From assembly GCA_030141605.1 (NCBI GenBank), contig JAQGDQ010000468.1:113545-177544 (forward strand): a stretch of 64,000 nt of DNA, read 5' to 3'. Source of the stretch: Tubiluchus corallicola. Lineage: Eukaryota > Animalia > Priapulida. The notes beneath the pieces were generated by a model. The model saw only the letters and a list, made by a program, of their open reading frames with translations. It had not been told where the DNA came from and did not search any database. This document shows, in pieces, positions 32,476 to 43,120 of this stretch (position 1 is its first letter; each line of letters begins with the position of its first letter). The position numbers and the translations under genes are program-made.

Positions 32476-35055
32476 ATGAAATTATGTTGGCACATATTAC
32501 TACTTCTAATATCGTTTCTGCTTTTTAAAGCATCATTAGGGCAAGTACCTGAAACGGATCCGGGGATAAATATAACTCCTGTAGAATTAAAAATGAAACA
32601 GGACACAACAACAATTAGCCCTTCCGGAAAAGAAGACTCTGTTCAGGGCACAATAAAAGATAAACTACCTGAAGAAGAAAGCCTACCACAGGACACAATA
32701 AGAGAAAGACCACTTGAAGGAGAAGACCTACCACAGGACACAATAAAAGATAAACTACCTGAAGAAGAAAACCTACCACAGGACACAATAAGAGAAAGAC
32801 CACTTGATGGAAAAGGCCTACCGCAGGACACAATAAGAGAAAGACCATTTGATGGAGAAGGTCTCCCACAAGACACAATAAGAGAAAGACCACTTGATGG
32901 AGAAGGTCTCCCACAAGACACAATAAGAGAAAGACCATTTGATGGAGAAGGTCTCCCACAAGACACAATAAGAGAAAGACCACTTGATGGAGAAGGTCTC
33001 CCACAAGACACAATAAGAGAAAGACCATTTGATGGAGAAGACCTACCACAGGACACAACAAGAAGGATGCCACCGGGAAGAGAGGACTTAATGCAGGATT
33101 CAATAAAGAGAAGTCCATCCGGGAAAAAAGGAGGAAGTAAAGACTCAATAGTCCCAAGAATTCATGTATATAAGCTGACTAATGACTTATCTGAGGTAAA
33201 AGAGGTCGCTTTAGATACAATGCTACAGAATTTTCATATCTATAACCCAGTATACAGAAATAGCATATCTGCTCAAACATTAGGTAACCTTGGCTCACCA
33301 TACCAATATGGGGATTACTTTTCGAGAAAAGATAAAAATGGCCTCATATTTCTAAGAAGCCTGGAAGACTATGGTATATGGACACATGATATTGAATTCT
33401 ACAACACAACAACGCCTTACACTCTTCTTGGATATGGACAGTGGTTTATCAACAGGCCAACAGAAGAAACATGGTTAAAAACAATACACACCCAAAACCC
33501 AAGCCCATACTCAAACTTTGGACTATACTATAACTCAATAAGTTCAGATGGTAAATACCTGAGGCAGAAAGCAAACAACCGTAATGCTGGCATCTTTTCA
33601 AGCTATGAAGGGAATAGATATGAACTGTGGATGTCAGCCGGATATAACAAATTTGGAAATCAAGAGAACGGAGGGCTTCTGAACCCTGAGGACTTAGAAA
33701 ATCCTGACCTGGAAGCGAAAAATATGCCTATATGGCTAAATGATGCCAACTCAGAAGCAACAAGCTATTTCCTGACTGTATCCCACCAGTTTAAATTTGG
33801 AAAATGGAGAGAAGTACAAGTAGAGGATGAAATATACGAAGAGTTCGTCCCTCAAGCATCCATAATGCACATCATTGACTTTGAAGATAACACACGTCAG
33901 TATTTCGAAATTGACCCAAACCCTAACTTCATTTTTCCGGGAGAGGGGTACCCAACATACTTCTATGGAGAGGATCACACACCCTATATATACGAGAATG
34001 AGGGGACAGAAGATATTCCTGCAACACAAGATATTACAGGAATGCAGCGACTAACAAACAAACTGTACCTTAAAATACTTGAATCTGCCGACCGAAAATA
34101 CAGCTTCGGGAAAAGTGTATTTATCGGTAATGATATACTGAAAATGCGCTACCCCAGAATGACCCCAATCAGCCCACCGCCAACACTAATTGCTCCTTTA
34201 GGATTTACACAGTCAGAAAAATTAACAAACACATTTGTGGGAGGCTCATTACATCGCTTCAAAGGACAATCATGGGACTGGGTAATAAATGGTAAATACT
34301 ACTTGCAAGGGTATCGTGCAGCCGACTTTGAAATATGGGGAGATATAGCAAAATACCTGAAAACTCAAAAGGACACTTCATTAGTGAAAATCAGTGGACA
34401 TTTAAAAAACAGCACCCCTGATTACTTCTTTAACAACTATTACTCAAATCACTACGCTTGGAAAAATGATTTTAGTAAAACCTATGACCTAACGCTAAAA
34501 ACTCTGTTCGAAAAGCCGGAATGGAACCTTAAAGCAAGCGCGAGTTATAGTATAATAAATAACTATATATTCCTAAATGAAAACGCTGTTCCCGAACAGG
34601 CAAGCAGTGAATTTTCCATTTTTCAGGGATATATAGATAAAAGCTTCATTGCGGGGCCACTACATATAGATAATCGCATTATGTATCAGACGACATCAAC
34701 CAATAGGTTTATGAAACTACCGGCTTTTATATACCGTAACAGCACATACTTCCGGTTTATTCTAAGCAATGTCCTGCATGTACAGGTAGGCTTTGACTTC
34801 AGATATGAAACAAAGTACTATGCTGATAAATACTCCCCAGCTCTGGGTATGTTTTACCTGCAAGATGAAGAAAAAATAGGTGAATATCCATGGATAGACG
34901 CATTCTTAAACTTCAAGCTTAAACGAACACGCTTTTATGTTAAATCCTCCAATATGTGGCAAATAGGCAATGACAAAGGATATATCACATCACCAATGCA
35001 TGGAGGACAACCGCTTCTATGGTCATTTGGATTATCATGGACATTCTACGACTAG
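32476..35055 (+). CDS. Putative outer-membrane porin (Bacteroidota putative porin family) with N-terminal tandem repeats
   Basis: Signal peptide from ATG 32476; LGNLGSP, NTTTPYT, ENGG and YADKYSPALGMFYLQ motifs; C-terminal FGLSWTFYD. Confidence 0.8.
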   Translation: MKLCWHILLLLISFLLFKASLGQVPETDPGINITPVELKMKQDTTTISPSGKEDSVQGTIKDKLPEEESLPQDTIRERPLEGEDLPQDTIKDKLPEEENLPQDTIRERPLDGKGLPQDTIRERPFDGEGLPQDTIRERPLDGEGLPQDTIRERPFDGEGLPQDTIRERPLDGEGLPQDTIRERPFDGEDLPQDTTRRMPPGREDLMQDSIKRSPSGKKGGSKDSIVPRIHVYKLTNDLSEVKEVALDTMLQNFHIYNPVYRNSISAQTLGNLGSPYQYGDYFSRKDKNGLIFLRSLEDYGIWTHDIEFYNTTTPYTLLGYGQWFINRPTEETWLKTIHTQNPSPYSNFGLYYNSISSDGKYLRQKANNRNAGIFSSYEGNRYELWMSAGYNKFGNQENGGLLNPEDLENPDLEAKNMPIWLNDANSEATSYFLTVSHQFKFGKWREVQVEDEIYEEFVPQASIMHIIDFEDNTRQYFEIDPNPNFIFPGEGYPTYFYGEDHTPYIYENEGTEDIPATQDITGMQRLTNKLYLKILESADRKYSFGKSVFIGNDILKMRYPRMTPISPPPTLIAPLGFTQSEKLTNTFVGGSLHRFKGQSWDWVINGKYYLQGYRAADFEIWGDIAKYLKTQKDTSLVKISGHLKNSTPDYFFNNYYSNHYAWKNDFSKTYDLTLKTLFEKPEWNLKASASYSIINNYIFLNENAVPEQASSEFSIFQGYIDKSFIAGPLHIDNRIMYQTTSTNRFMKLPAFIYRNSTYFRFILSNVLHVQVGFDFRYETKYYADKYSPALGMFYLQDEEKIGEYPWIDAFLNFKLKRTRFYVKSSNMWQIGNDKGYITSPMHGGQPLLWSFGLSWTFYD
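32599..33138 (+). repeat. Coding tandem repeat, about 12 x 45 bp (QDTIRERPLDGEGLP)
   Basis: Units such as CAAGACACAATAAGAGAAAGACCACTTGATGGAGAAGGTCTCCCA; alternating variants give a 90-bp higher-order period. Confidence 0.95.
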
Positions 35056-35074
35056 CCTACAAAGTTATCTCATA

Positions 35075-35139
35075 ACCAAGGACACTGGAGATGACTTTAA
35101 CAAAAATATTAATAAAAAGATGAGCTTTGCAAAGGCCTT
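35075..35139 (+). repeat. Dispersed MITE-like repeat, copy C (right half)
   Basis: GACTTTAACAAAAATATTAATAAAAAGATGAGCTTTGCAAAGGCCTT. Confidence 0.8.
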
Positions 35140-35152
35140 ACAACTACACAAG

Positions 35153-36439
35153 ATGAAAAAAATACTCCTGCTTACAGGCATGATGTTTCTCTCCCTTGCA
35201 CTATTCTCACAAAACAAAATAAACTATAACGAAGAAAAAACTCCCGAATATACCCTGCCTGACCCGCTGGTAAAAGAGAATGGGGGAAAAATTGTCACCC
35301 CAGAGATGTGGGAGCAGCACAGAAATGAGATACTTTCGCACTTTGAAAGCAAAATATATGGGAAAATGCCATCGGAAAAGATTACCATAAAGAGCGAAAC
35401 TGTATCCGTAAAAAATAATGCTTTAGAAGGCAGGGCAATTCGCAAGGAGGTGAAACTATCACTCAGTAGAAATGCAAGAAATATAGAAATACTTGCTCTG
35501 CTCTACCTACCAAAAATTAACGAAGCAGTACCTGTCTTTATGGGATACAACTTTCATGGCAATCACACAATAACACTTGAAGACGATGTGCTGCTTACAC
35601 AATCATGGGTCAGAAACAACAAAAACCTCCATGTAGATAACAATAGGACTACAGAGCAATCCAGGGGTATGAATCACTCCAGATGGAGCCCTGAGGAAAT
35701 TATAAAACGGGGCTACGGACTGGTAACAATCTATTATGGAGACGTTGACCCTGACTACGACGATGGATTTAAGAATGGTGTTCACAAACTATTCCCCGAT
35801 GCTGAAAGAAATAAAACCTCAGCCGGTAACATTGCAACATGGGCATGGGGGCTTTCGCGTGTAATGGACTACTTGCAAAACAACAACAAAATTGACAAGG
35901 TGATCATCATAGGGCACTCCCGCCTCGGGAAAGCTGCTCTTTGGGCTGGAGCAACCGATACACGCTTCTCAGCTGTTATCTCCAACAACTCAGGATGCGG
36001 TGGCGCAGCAATATCCCGAAGAAGATTTGGGGAAACGATAGAACGAATAAACAACTCCTTCCCCCACTGGTTCTGTGGCAACTTTAAAAAATACAACAAC
36101 AATGAGTCCCAGCTGCCGGTAGACCAGCACCAACTTATATCCCTTATCGCACCGCGCCCAGTATATGTTGCCAGTGCAACCCAAGACAAGTGGGCAGACC
36201 CCAAAGGTGAATTCCTATCATGCCTTAACGCCTCATCCGTTTATAAGCTGCTAGGAACAGAAGGGTTGCCGGTTGCCGACATGCCTCCCCCTGACACTCC
36301 CATCCACGGCACTATAGGCTATCACATACGTACAGGAAAACACGATGTCACAAACTACGACTGGCAAAGGTACATGGACTTTGCAGACAAGCACTTTGGA
36401 AAACCAACTGAACCCGTAAACAATATCACCCCTCAATAA
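35153..36439 (+). CDS. CE15-family (glucuronoyl esterase-like) carbohydrate esterase
   Basis: YTLPDPL, AWGLSRVMDYL, GHSRLGKAALW and LPVDQHQL motifs; signal peptide from ATG 35153. Confidence 0.85.
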   Translation: MKKILLLTGMMFLSLALFSQNKINYNEEKTPEYTLPDPLVKENGGKIVTPEMWEQHRNEILSHFESKIYGKMPSEKITIKSETVSVKNNALEGRAIRKEVKLSLSRNARNIEILALLYLPKINEAVPVFMGYNFHGNHTITLEDDVLLTQSWVRNNKNLHVDNNRTTEQSRGMNHSRWSPEEIIKRGYGLVTIYYGDVDPDYDDGFKNGVHKLFPDAERNKTSAGNIATWAWGLSRVMDYLQNNNKIDKVIIIGHSRLGKAALWAGATDTRFSAVISNNSGCGGAAISRRRFGETIERINNSFPHWFCGNFKKYNNNESQLPVDQHQLISLIAPRPVYVASATQDKWADPKGEFLSCLNASSVYKLLGTEGLPVADMPPPDTPIHGTIGYHIRTGKHDVTNYDWQRYMDFADKHFGKPTEPVNNITPQ

Positions 36440-36444
36440 AAAAC

Positions 36445-36613
36445 AAAACCTTTGCAAAACAAAACCTTTGCAAAACAAAACCTTTGCAAAACGAAACTTT
36501 TGGCTCCAATGAGGAAAAGCTCAATGAAAAATTGCGGATTAATGATGCAAATAAAGATTCTGAAGAGGACTCTGACAGAAATATAACAAAAAGATGAACT
36601 TTACAAAGGTCTC
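36445..36613 (+). repeat. Dispersed MITE-like repeat, copy D, with triplicated left end
   Basis: (AAAACCTTTGCAAAAC)x3 ... AAAAAGATGAACTTTACAAAGGTCTC. Confidence 0.8.
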
Positions 36614-36638
36614 AAACCGGGGGAAAGCACCTTTTTCG

Positions 36639-37976
36639 GACACTGTTTCACAAAGTGTGTAAACTAAAAAAATACCGAGGGTTTGGCTATTTATAGCTGG
36701 ACCCTTTTTTCAAATATAACTAAGAACTGATTCAAGACAATGCCCCAGTTTCTGATTGGCATTGACCATTTTTTAGTTGCTTCTCTGGTTGCCAAAAATA
36801 CAGATTTCATTACAGCCTGGTCTGACGGGAATGAAAGTTTGTTTTTTGTGTATTTTCTGATTTTTCCGTTGAGATTCTCAATCAGGTTGGTTGTATAAAT
36901 TATCTTTCTGATTTCCAGCGGAAACTCAAAGAATACTGTTAGGTCTTCCCAGTTGTCTCGCCAGCTTTTAATTGCGTAAGAGTATTTATCCTCCCAAGCT
37001 GATGCAAAATCTTCTAAAGCTGCTTTTGCAGCCTCTTTTGTAGGGGCGTTATAGATTTGCTTCATATCTTTTGTAAATGCCTTTTTATCTTTCCAAACCA
37101 CGTATCTGCTTGCGTTACGGATTTGATGAACAACACATATTTGTGTTTTAGATTCAGGGAAAACAGTTCGGATAGTATCTGTAAAGCCATTCAAGTTATC
37201 TGTTGCCGTAATCAGAATATCGTTAACTCCACGGGGTTTCATATCGGTAAGTACGTTCATCCAAAAGGCAGCGGACTCACTCTTGCCCAACCATAAGCCA
37301 AGAACCTCTTTTTTCCCATCTCTGCGAAGTCCTACGGCAATGTAAACGGTTTTGTTGACGACCTTAGAGTTCTCCCGCACTTTAAATACAATGCCATCCA
37401 TCCAAACAATTAGGTATACAGTTTCCAGAGGTCGGTTCTGCCACGCTACAATGTCGTTGGTGACTGAATCGGTAATCCTTGATATGGTGGATGTGGAAAC
37501 TTCAAAACCGTATAGCTCCCGAATTTGCTCTTCAATATCGCTATTACTCATTCCTTTAGCATAAAACGAAACAATGATATTCTCTAAGCCATCAACCATG
37601 TTCCCTCCTTTGGGTACAATCATCGGATTAAACGAAGCATCACGGTCTCGGGGAACCTGAATGTTGGATTCTCCCAGAGTGGTTCGGACTCTCTTCTCTG
37701 AATAGCCATTGCGGGCATTCTGATTATCCGATTTTTGATTCTTATCATAGCCTAAATGACCATCGAGTTCTCCTTCAAGCATCTTTTCAATGCCTCGTTT
37801 TTGGAGCTCTTGTAAAAAACCATTGAGCTCTTCCCCTGAATTAAATTGTTCAAGGAAATCATCATTTAATAAATCTTCTTTTTTCATTACTGTCTAAAGT
37901 TTTAAAATTAAACAAAAAAATGCCGAGGGTTGCAACCCTCGGCATTTTCTATTTACACAGTTTATGAGATAGTGCT
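36639..37976 (-). mobile_element. Complete IS256-family element with 8-bp TSD
   Basis: Imperfect TIRs GACACTGTTTCACAAAGTGTGTAAA / AGCACTATCTCATAAACTGTGTAAA; CTTTTTCG on both flanks. Confidence 0.92.
36691..37887 (-). CDS. IS256 (Mutator) transposase
   Basis: [25 protein letters not shown] and IYTTNLIE motifs. Confidence 0.95.
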   Translation of the reverse strand: MKKEDLLNDDFLEQFNSGEELNGFLQELQKRGIEKMLEGELDGHLGYDKNQKSDNQNARNGYSEKRVRTTLGESNIQVPRDRDASFNPMIVPKGGNMVDGLENIIVSFYAKGMSNSDIEEQIRELYGFEVSTSTISRITDSVTNDIVAWQNRPLETVYLIVWMDGIVFKVRENSKVVNKTVYIAVGLRRDGKKEVLGLWLGKSESAAFWMNVLTDMKPRGVNDILITATDNLNGFTDTIRTVFPESKTQICVVHQIRNASRYVVWKDKKAFTKDMKQIYNAPTKEAAKAALEDFASAWEDKYSYAIKSWRDNWEDLTVFFEFPLEIRKIIYTTNLIENLNGKIRKYTKNKLSFPSDQAVMKSVFLATREATKKWSMPIRNWGIVLNQFLVIFEKRVQL

Positions 37977-37989
37977 CTTTTTCGTATCC

Positions 37990-39294
37990 TTACGGCACGG
38001 AAACGCTCGCCAAAAACTCCTTAAACTCCTTAAACCTGGACGACAGTTGAACACTATGCTTCTCCCCTCTCATAAAACTTTTTAACCTCTTAGGTATCTC
38101 AACCCTCCCTTTTCCAATCGCCCCCTCAACAGTCTGGATAAACTTGGCAGGATGGGCAGTCTCGAAAAAAACACCCAAGTCTCCGGGTGTCAAATAATCT
38201 TTTAGCGCCTGAAAACCGATCGCTCCATGCGGATCAAGTATATACCCTGTACGCTCATACACACTTTTAATCGTACCCTTTATTCCCTCATCATCATACC
38301 TGCACCCCGCCACATCAGCAGCTATCAATCTGTGCTGCCCTCCATACAAATCAAGTATCCTGGCAAAATTGCTTGGGGCTCCTACATCCATAGCATTGGC
38401 AATAGTGGCTACAGACGGTGCCGGATTATACTCCCCTGTTTGCAGATACTTACACACCACGTCATTACGATTGTTGGCGGCAATAAACAACCCAACCGGT
38501 AATCCCATCTTCTTTGCCAGAAGTCCCGCTGCCAAATTCCCAAAATTACCACTTGGAACAGCTATAACCAGCCTTTTACCTTTGGCAGAACAGCGTGCAT
38601 AAGCTTCAAAATAATAAAATACCTGCGGCAAAAAACGCGCTATATTAATCGAATTTGCAGAGGTTAGTATAAGCCTTTCCCTTAGCTCACTATCAGTAAA
38701 AGCAGACTTTACCAAGCGTTGGCAATCATCAAATGTCCCATCAATTTCCAACGCTGTAATATTGCTACCGAGAGTTGTAAACTGCTTCTCCTGCATATCG
38801 CTCACCCTCCCTTTGGGATACAAAACATATACCTGCACGCCAGGAACATCTAAAAAACCATTTGCCACAGCACTCCCAGTATCCCCAGAAGTAGCCACCA
38901 GTACATTAATTACCTCGCGAGAATCCTTCATAAAGTAGCCCAGCAACCGAGCCATAAACCTCGCCCCTACATCTTTAAATGCAAGAGTAGGACCATGAAA
39001 AAGCTCCAGAGAATAAATACCCTCCTCAACATGCACCAAAGGAATATTAAAACTTAAAGCATCGTATACTATCTCCTGTAAATCACTCTCACTTACATCT
39101 GTGCCAAAAAACCTCTTCGCCACCTCAAAAGATATCTCCTGCAAAGAATAAGTACCTATCTGCCTAAAGAACACATCCGGCATTATCTCAATAACCCTAG
39201 GCATAAACAGACCCTTATCAGGTGCAAGCCCTTGCTTTACGGCAGTCATAAGATCAACCTCAGGCGTTGAATGACTGGTGCTATAATACATCAT
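37990..39294 (-). CDS. thrC: Threonine synthase
   Basis: ELFHGPTLAFKD, ATSGDTG, SANSINI and VPSGNFGN motifs. Confidence 0.95.
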   Translation of the reverse strand: MMYYSTSHSTPEVDLMTAVKQGLAPDKGLFMPRVIEIMPDVFFRQIGTYSLQEISFEVAKRFFGTDVSESDLQEIVYDALSFNIPLVHVEEGIYSLELFHGPTLAFKDVGARFMARLLGYFMKDSREVINVLVATSGDTGSAVANGFLDVPGVQVYVLYPKGRVSDMQEKQFTTLGSNITALEIDGTFDDCQRLVKSAFTDSELRERLILTSANSINIARFLPQVFYYFEAYARCSAKGKRLVIAVPSGNFGNLAAGLLAKKMGLPVGLFIAANNRNDVVCKYLQTGEYNPAPSVATIANAMDVGAPSNFARILDLYGGQHRLIAADVAGCRYDDEGIKGTIKSVYERTGYILDPHGAIGFQALKDYLTPGDLGVFFETAHPAKFIQTVEGAIGKGRVEIPKRLKSFMRGEKHSVQLSSRFKEFKEFLASVSVP

Positions 39295-39299
39295 GCAAT

Positions 39300-40535
39300 T
39301 CAAATATCTAACGCTGCTGAATACTTGTCAATACCCAACAACGCCTTCATAAACATGTTGCCTTCCAAAACACCGTATCCCCCCTTTTCAACAGCTTTTT
39401 CATTATACTCCTCCACCCCATCAGAAGGCTCTCCGGGACGATAAATAACAAATGGAACAGCATCGCGAGTATGCGTCTTTAACTTCCACGGCGTAGAATG
39501 ATCTGGTAACACTGCAATGGCAACAGGCTCTTCAAACTTAGCCGTCTCCTCCATTACATACTTTACTATCCGACTATCCAGGTACTCTATTGTTTTGACT
39601 TTAAGCTCAAAATCCCCTTCGTGCCCCGCCTCATCACTCGCTTCAACATGGAGGTAAACAAAATCATAGCTTCTCAAAGCATCAACTGCTGCCATAGCTT
39701 TGCCTTCATAATTGGTATCGTACAATCCAGTTGCACCATCAACCTTTATAACATTCAGAGATGCACATATACCCATTCCTTGTATTAAATCAACAGCAGA
39801 AATAACAGCTCCCTTCCCCAACCCAAACATATCGCCAAAAGGCCTCATCTTCGGTTTAATCCCCGGCGACCACGGCCATATCAGGTTTGCCTTATCCTTC
39901 AACTCATTACCCCTCGCAACATTAACAGGATGAACTTCCAACAAACCATACGACTTCTCAATCAACTCTCTAAGCAGTCCGGCTGTGCTCCGACCTTCAC
40001 TACAAATAGCCGATGGCAACACATCCCTGTATGGCGCTCCGGGCACATCATGCGGCGGAGTACACAAAATACTCTTACTACCAGCCTTTATCACCAGCAA
40101 GTGCCTGTACGACACACCCGGGTAAAACTTCACCCTATCACTCCCAAGACTTTCGTTAAGGTACGAAATCAACTCCTCCGCCTCCTTACTTGTTATATGT
40201 CCGGCAGAATGATTCTTTATATTACCCCCTTCAACACATATTAAATTGCACCTCAGCACCACATCCCCGGATTCTATACTAACCCCCATGCTTGCAGCCT
40301 CCAAAACACCTCTCCCCTCAAAAACAGACTCAACATCGTACCCAAGAATTGACATATTTGCCACCTCACTCCCCGGAGGCAACGAATCAGGCACAGTCCT
40401 TAACAAACCACACCGGCCATCTGCCGCCAGACTGTCAATACTTGGTATGTTGGCTGCCATGAGAGGGGTCTTCCACCCCTTCTCCGGTTCAGAGTGATCT
40501 GACATCCCATCTCCCAAAATAACTACATACTTCAT
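39300..40535 (-). CDS. ApgM-like cofactor-independent phosphoglycerate mutase family protein (proposed homoserine kinase)
   Basis: GDGMSD, PGSEVAN, DEAGH and PDHSTP motifs; lies between thrA and thrC. Confidence 0.85.
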   Translation of the reverse strand: MKYVVILGDGMSDHSEPEKGWKTPLMAANIPSIDSLAADGRCGLLRTVPDSLPPGSEVANMSILGYDVESVFEGRGVLEAASMGVSIESGDVVLRCNLICVEGGNIKNHSAGHITSKEAEELISYLNESLGSDRVKFYPGVSYRHLLVIKAGSKSILCTPPHDVPGAPYRDVLPSAICSEGRSTAGLLRELIEKSYGLLEVHPVNVARGNELKDKANLIWPWSPGIKPKMRPFGDMFGLGKGAVISAVDLIQGMGICASLNVIKVDGATGLYDTNYEGKAMAAVDALRSYDFVYLHVEASDEAGHEGDFELKVKTIEYLDSRIVKYVMEETAKFEEPVAIAVLPDHSTPWKLKTHTRDAVPFVIYRPGEPSDGVEEYNEKAVEKGGYGVLEGNMFMKALLGIDKYSAALDI

Positions 40536-40573
40536 CTGCAAACAACTTAACATTCCTGACAGGAATAAACCCA

Positions 40574-43000
40574 TCAAATATTTGCAACCCTGATAATATC
40601 AGCAAAAACACCTGCCGCAGTAACTCCAGCACCTGCCCCATACCCCTTTATCTGCATAGGATGCTCATTATACCGCTCGCTAGTAAGAAGAACAATATTA
40701 TTGCTACCCTCCAGATCATAAAACGGATGAGTTGGAGAGACTGGACGCAGTGCAACACTGGCTTTACCACTTTCAAACTGACATATAAACCGCCACTTCT
40801 TACTCTCCTTCTCCAACTGAACACGCTGCTCCTCAAAACCCTTGTCAACCTCCGGAATTGCTTCCCAAAACTCGTCAATAGACAAATCAAAATACCTTTG
40901 AGAAACAATGGGCTCAACAACTACATCCTTCTTTTCCATTTTATATCCCGACTCACGAGCAAGAATTACCAACTTCCTCACAACATCTATGCCGCTAAGA
41001 TCAATACGTGGATCAGGCTCCGAAAACCCATTCTCCTTAGCCATCTTCACAGCATGGCTAAACGACACATCAGAACTCAGAGTGTTGAAAATAAAATTGA
41101 GGGTACCAGACAGCACCGCCTCAATTTTGATTATATGATCGCCGGAACGGCGCAAATCATTAATTGTGGAAATCAATGGCAAACCAGCCCCTACATTCGT
41201 TTCAAAAAAGAACTTTACCCCACGCCTACCTGCCAGTTCCTTCAACTGCCTATACCTCTCATACCCGGAAGAAGCAGCAACCTTATTAGCCGCAACAACA
41301 GAGACATAGCCATCCATAACTGCCGGATACTGTAACGCAACATCATCATTTGCCGTGCAATCAACAAACACAGAATTAAACATATTCAACTCCAACACCT
41401 TCTCCCTGAACACACTCATATCAGACTCAAACTCCGAATTATCCAGTGTCTCACTCAACCTGCCTATATCAAGCCCACGCCTGTCAAAAACCATCTTGCG
41501 GGAATTGGCAGCTCCAACCAATCGTAACTTCAATCGATGCTTCCTCTTCAACTTTAACTGCTGATGCTCTATCTGCTTTAATAAATCGCGCCCGACAATA
41601 CCAATACCAACAAGGAATATATTCAGCTCTATAAACGGAGAGAGAAAAAATGACTCATGAACAACGTTTAATGTTTTGCGCAGGTCACTCAACTTTACAA
41701 CCCATGAAATATTCTGCTCAGAGGCCCCCTGTGCTATCGCCACTACATTTATCCCGTTCTTGCCTATCGTTTGAAACAACTTCCCGGAAATACCAACATA
41801 ATGCTTCATCCCCTCTCCTACAATAGCCACAATAGACAAGTCATCCTCTATCGTAATGCGGTTGATATGCCCAGACCTTATCTCTCTCTCAAACTCCGTG
41901 CCTATAGCATCCTCCGCCGCACCCGTATAACTGGAATCAATAGCAAAACTGATCGAATTCTCCGATGACGCCTGGGATATAAGGATAACGTTTATACTCT
42001 CCTTCGCGAGCGCACCAAACAGCCGCATTGCTATACCAACAACCCCGATCATTCCCAGTCCCTGAACAGTAACAAGTGAAATACCGGAAATAGACGAAAT
42101 ACCCTTAATAAGCCTGTCTTTCCCCTCTGGAGATAAACTGTTAATCAATGTTCCTTTAGAATCTGGATTAAGAGTATTCTTAATATGTATCGGAATATCA
42201 CTCTGATAAACAGGCAGAACTGTTGGTGGATAGATCACCTTTGCTCCAAAATGAGACAACTCCATAGCCTCCGAATATGTGAGAAAAGGTATTGGATAAG
42301 CCTTGCTTATCACTTTGGGATCAGCAGTCATAAAACCATCAACATCAGTCCATATCTCCAGCCTCTCTGCATTTAACGCTGCTGCAAATAGTGCCGCTGT
42401 ATAATCCGAACCACCACGTCCTAAAGTAGACATAGAACCATCGGCGCATGTCGACACAAAACCCGGCACTACACCCATAACCCCTTTCAACCCCGAACAA
42501 CAGTCACGAATAAGCTCATACGTAACCGGCAAATCAACATTGGCTTTTCCATAACTATAATCCGTGCGTATCATAGCCGCGCCATCCAGCAACGGCACGC
42601 CAAGAAACCTGCTTACTATAACAGAAGACATCCGCTCCCCAAACCCCATAACCTTATCCAGCGTCTTTGGGGTCAACTCACCTATAAGCAAAATACCCTG
42701 AACTATCTTTTCCAACTCGATAAACAGAGGCTCCAGCAACTGCCTGACCTCAGCGCTATCTCTGCTGTCAAACAAACCACCTATAACATCAATATGGCGA
42801 GAACGTATCAGCGAAAACTTCACCTCCTCAGCACTATTAGATGCAGCTGCATCGGCAATACGACACAACATATCCGTAACACCCCCTAAAGCAGACACAA
42901 CAACTATAACATCCGATGACTGGCCATGCACAATATCGCCAAGTCGCCTTATATTGTCACATGAACCAACTGACGTTCCGCCAAACTTTAAAACTTTCAT
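40574..43000 (-). CDS. thrA: Bifunctional aspartokinase / homoserine dehydrogenase
   Basis: KFGGTSVG, LGRGGSDY, ACT domains, ETNVGAGLP and EPDPRIDLSG motifs. Confidence 0.97.
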   Translation of the reverse strand: MKVLKFGGTSVGSCDNIRRLGDIVHGQSSDVIVVVSALGGVTDMLCRIADAAASNSAEEVKFSLIRSRHIDVIGGLFDSRDSAEVRQLLEPLFIELEKIVQGILLIGELTPKTLDKVMGFGERMSSVIVSRFLGVPLLDGAAMIRTDYSYGKANVDLPVTYELIRDCCSGLKGVMGVVPGFVSTCADGSMSTLGRGGSDYTAALFAAALNAERLEIWTDVDGFMTADPKVISKAYPIPFLTYSEAMELSHFGAKVIYPPTVLPVYQSDIPIHIKNTLNPDSKGTLINSLSPEGKDRLIKGISSISGISLVTVQGLGMIGVVGIAMRLFGALAKESINVILISQASSENSISFAIDSSYTGAAEDAIGTEFEREIRSGHINRITIEDDLSIVAIVGEGMKHYVGISGKLFQTIGKNGINVVAIAQGASEQNISWVVKLSDLRKTLNVVHESFFLSPFIELNIFLVGIGIVGRDLLKQIEHQQLKLKRKHRLKLRLVGAANSRKMVFDRRGLDIGRLSETLDNSEFESDMSVFREKVLELNMFNSVFVDCTANDDVALQYPAVMDGYVSVVAANKVAASSGYERYRQLKELAGRRGVKFFFETNVGAGLPLISTINDLRRSGDHIIKIEAVLSGTLNFIFNTLSSDVSFSHAVKMAKENGFSEPDPRIDLSGIDVVRKLVILARESGYKMEKKDVVVEPIVSQRYFDLSIDEFWEAIPEVDKGFEEQRVQLEKESKKWRFICQFESGKASVALRPVSPTHPFYDLEGSNNIVLLTSERYNEHPMQIKGYGAGAGVTAAGVFADIIRVANI

Positions 43001-43120
43001 CTATATACCACGCTTATATCAAAATATAATTGACTGAAACCCCACCTTGTGCAAAGATCAAAAAAACTGAACCAGGTAACCCCCAACTCAGTAACACCAC
43101 TTATACCCCAAACAATATGG

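Noticed and set aside
32599-33138. Possible CRISPR array
   Set aside because: Units are contiguous 45-bp in-frame coding repeats without unique spacers; no cas genes in the window
34970-35152. Long N-terminal extension of the CE15 ORF (likewise 32437-32475 and 61301-61459)
   Set aside because: It overlaps the porin stop and derives from the dispersed repeat; signal peptides or domain starts point to later ATGs. Kept only as a hypothesis in findings
37915-37948. Palindrome AAAATGCCGAGGGTTGCAACCCTCGGCATTTT as an independent REP element
   Set aside because: It lies inside IS256 and recurs only in the IS256 fragment at about 19815
40661-41335. Long antisense ORFs (also 45848-46447, 32615-33157 and many shorter ones)
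   Set aside because: Shadows of well-supported genes; strand skew and repeats suppress stop codons
43001-43120. Thr/Ile leader-peptide attenuator before thrA
   Set aside because: No Thr/Ile-rich short ORF or terminator is visible in the 120-bp gap after recA
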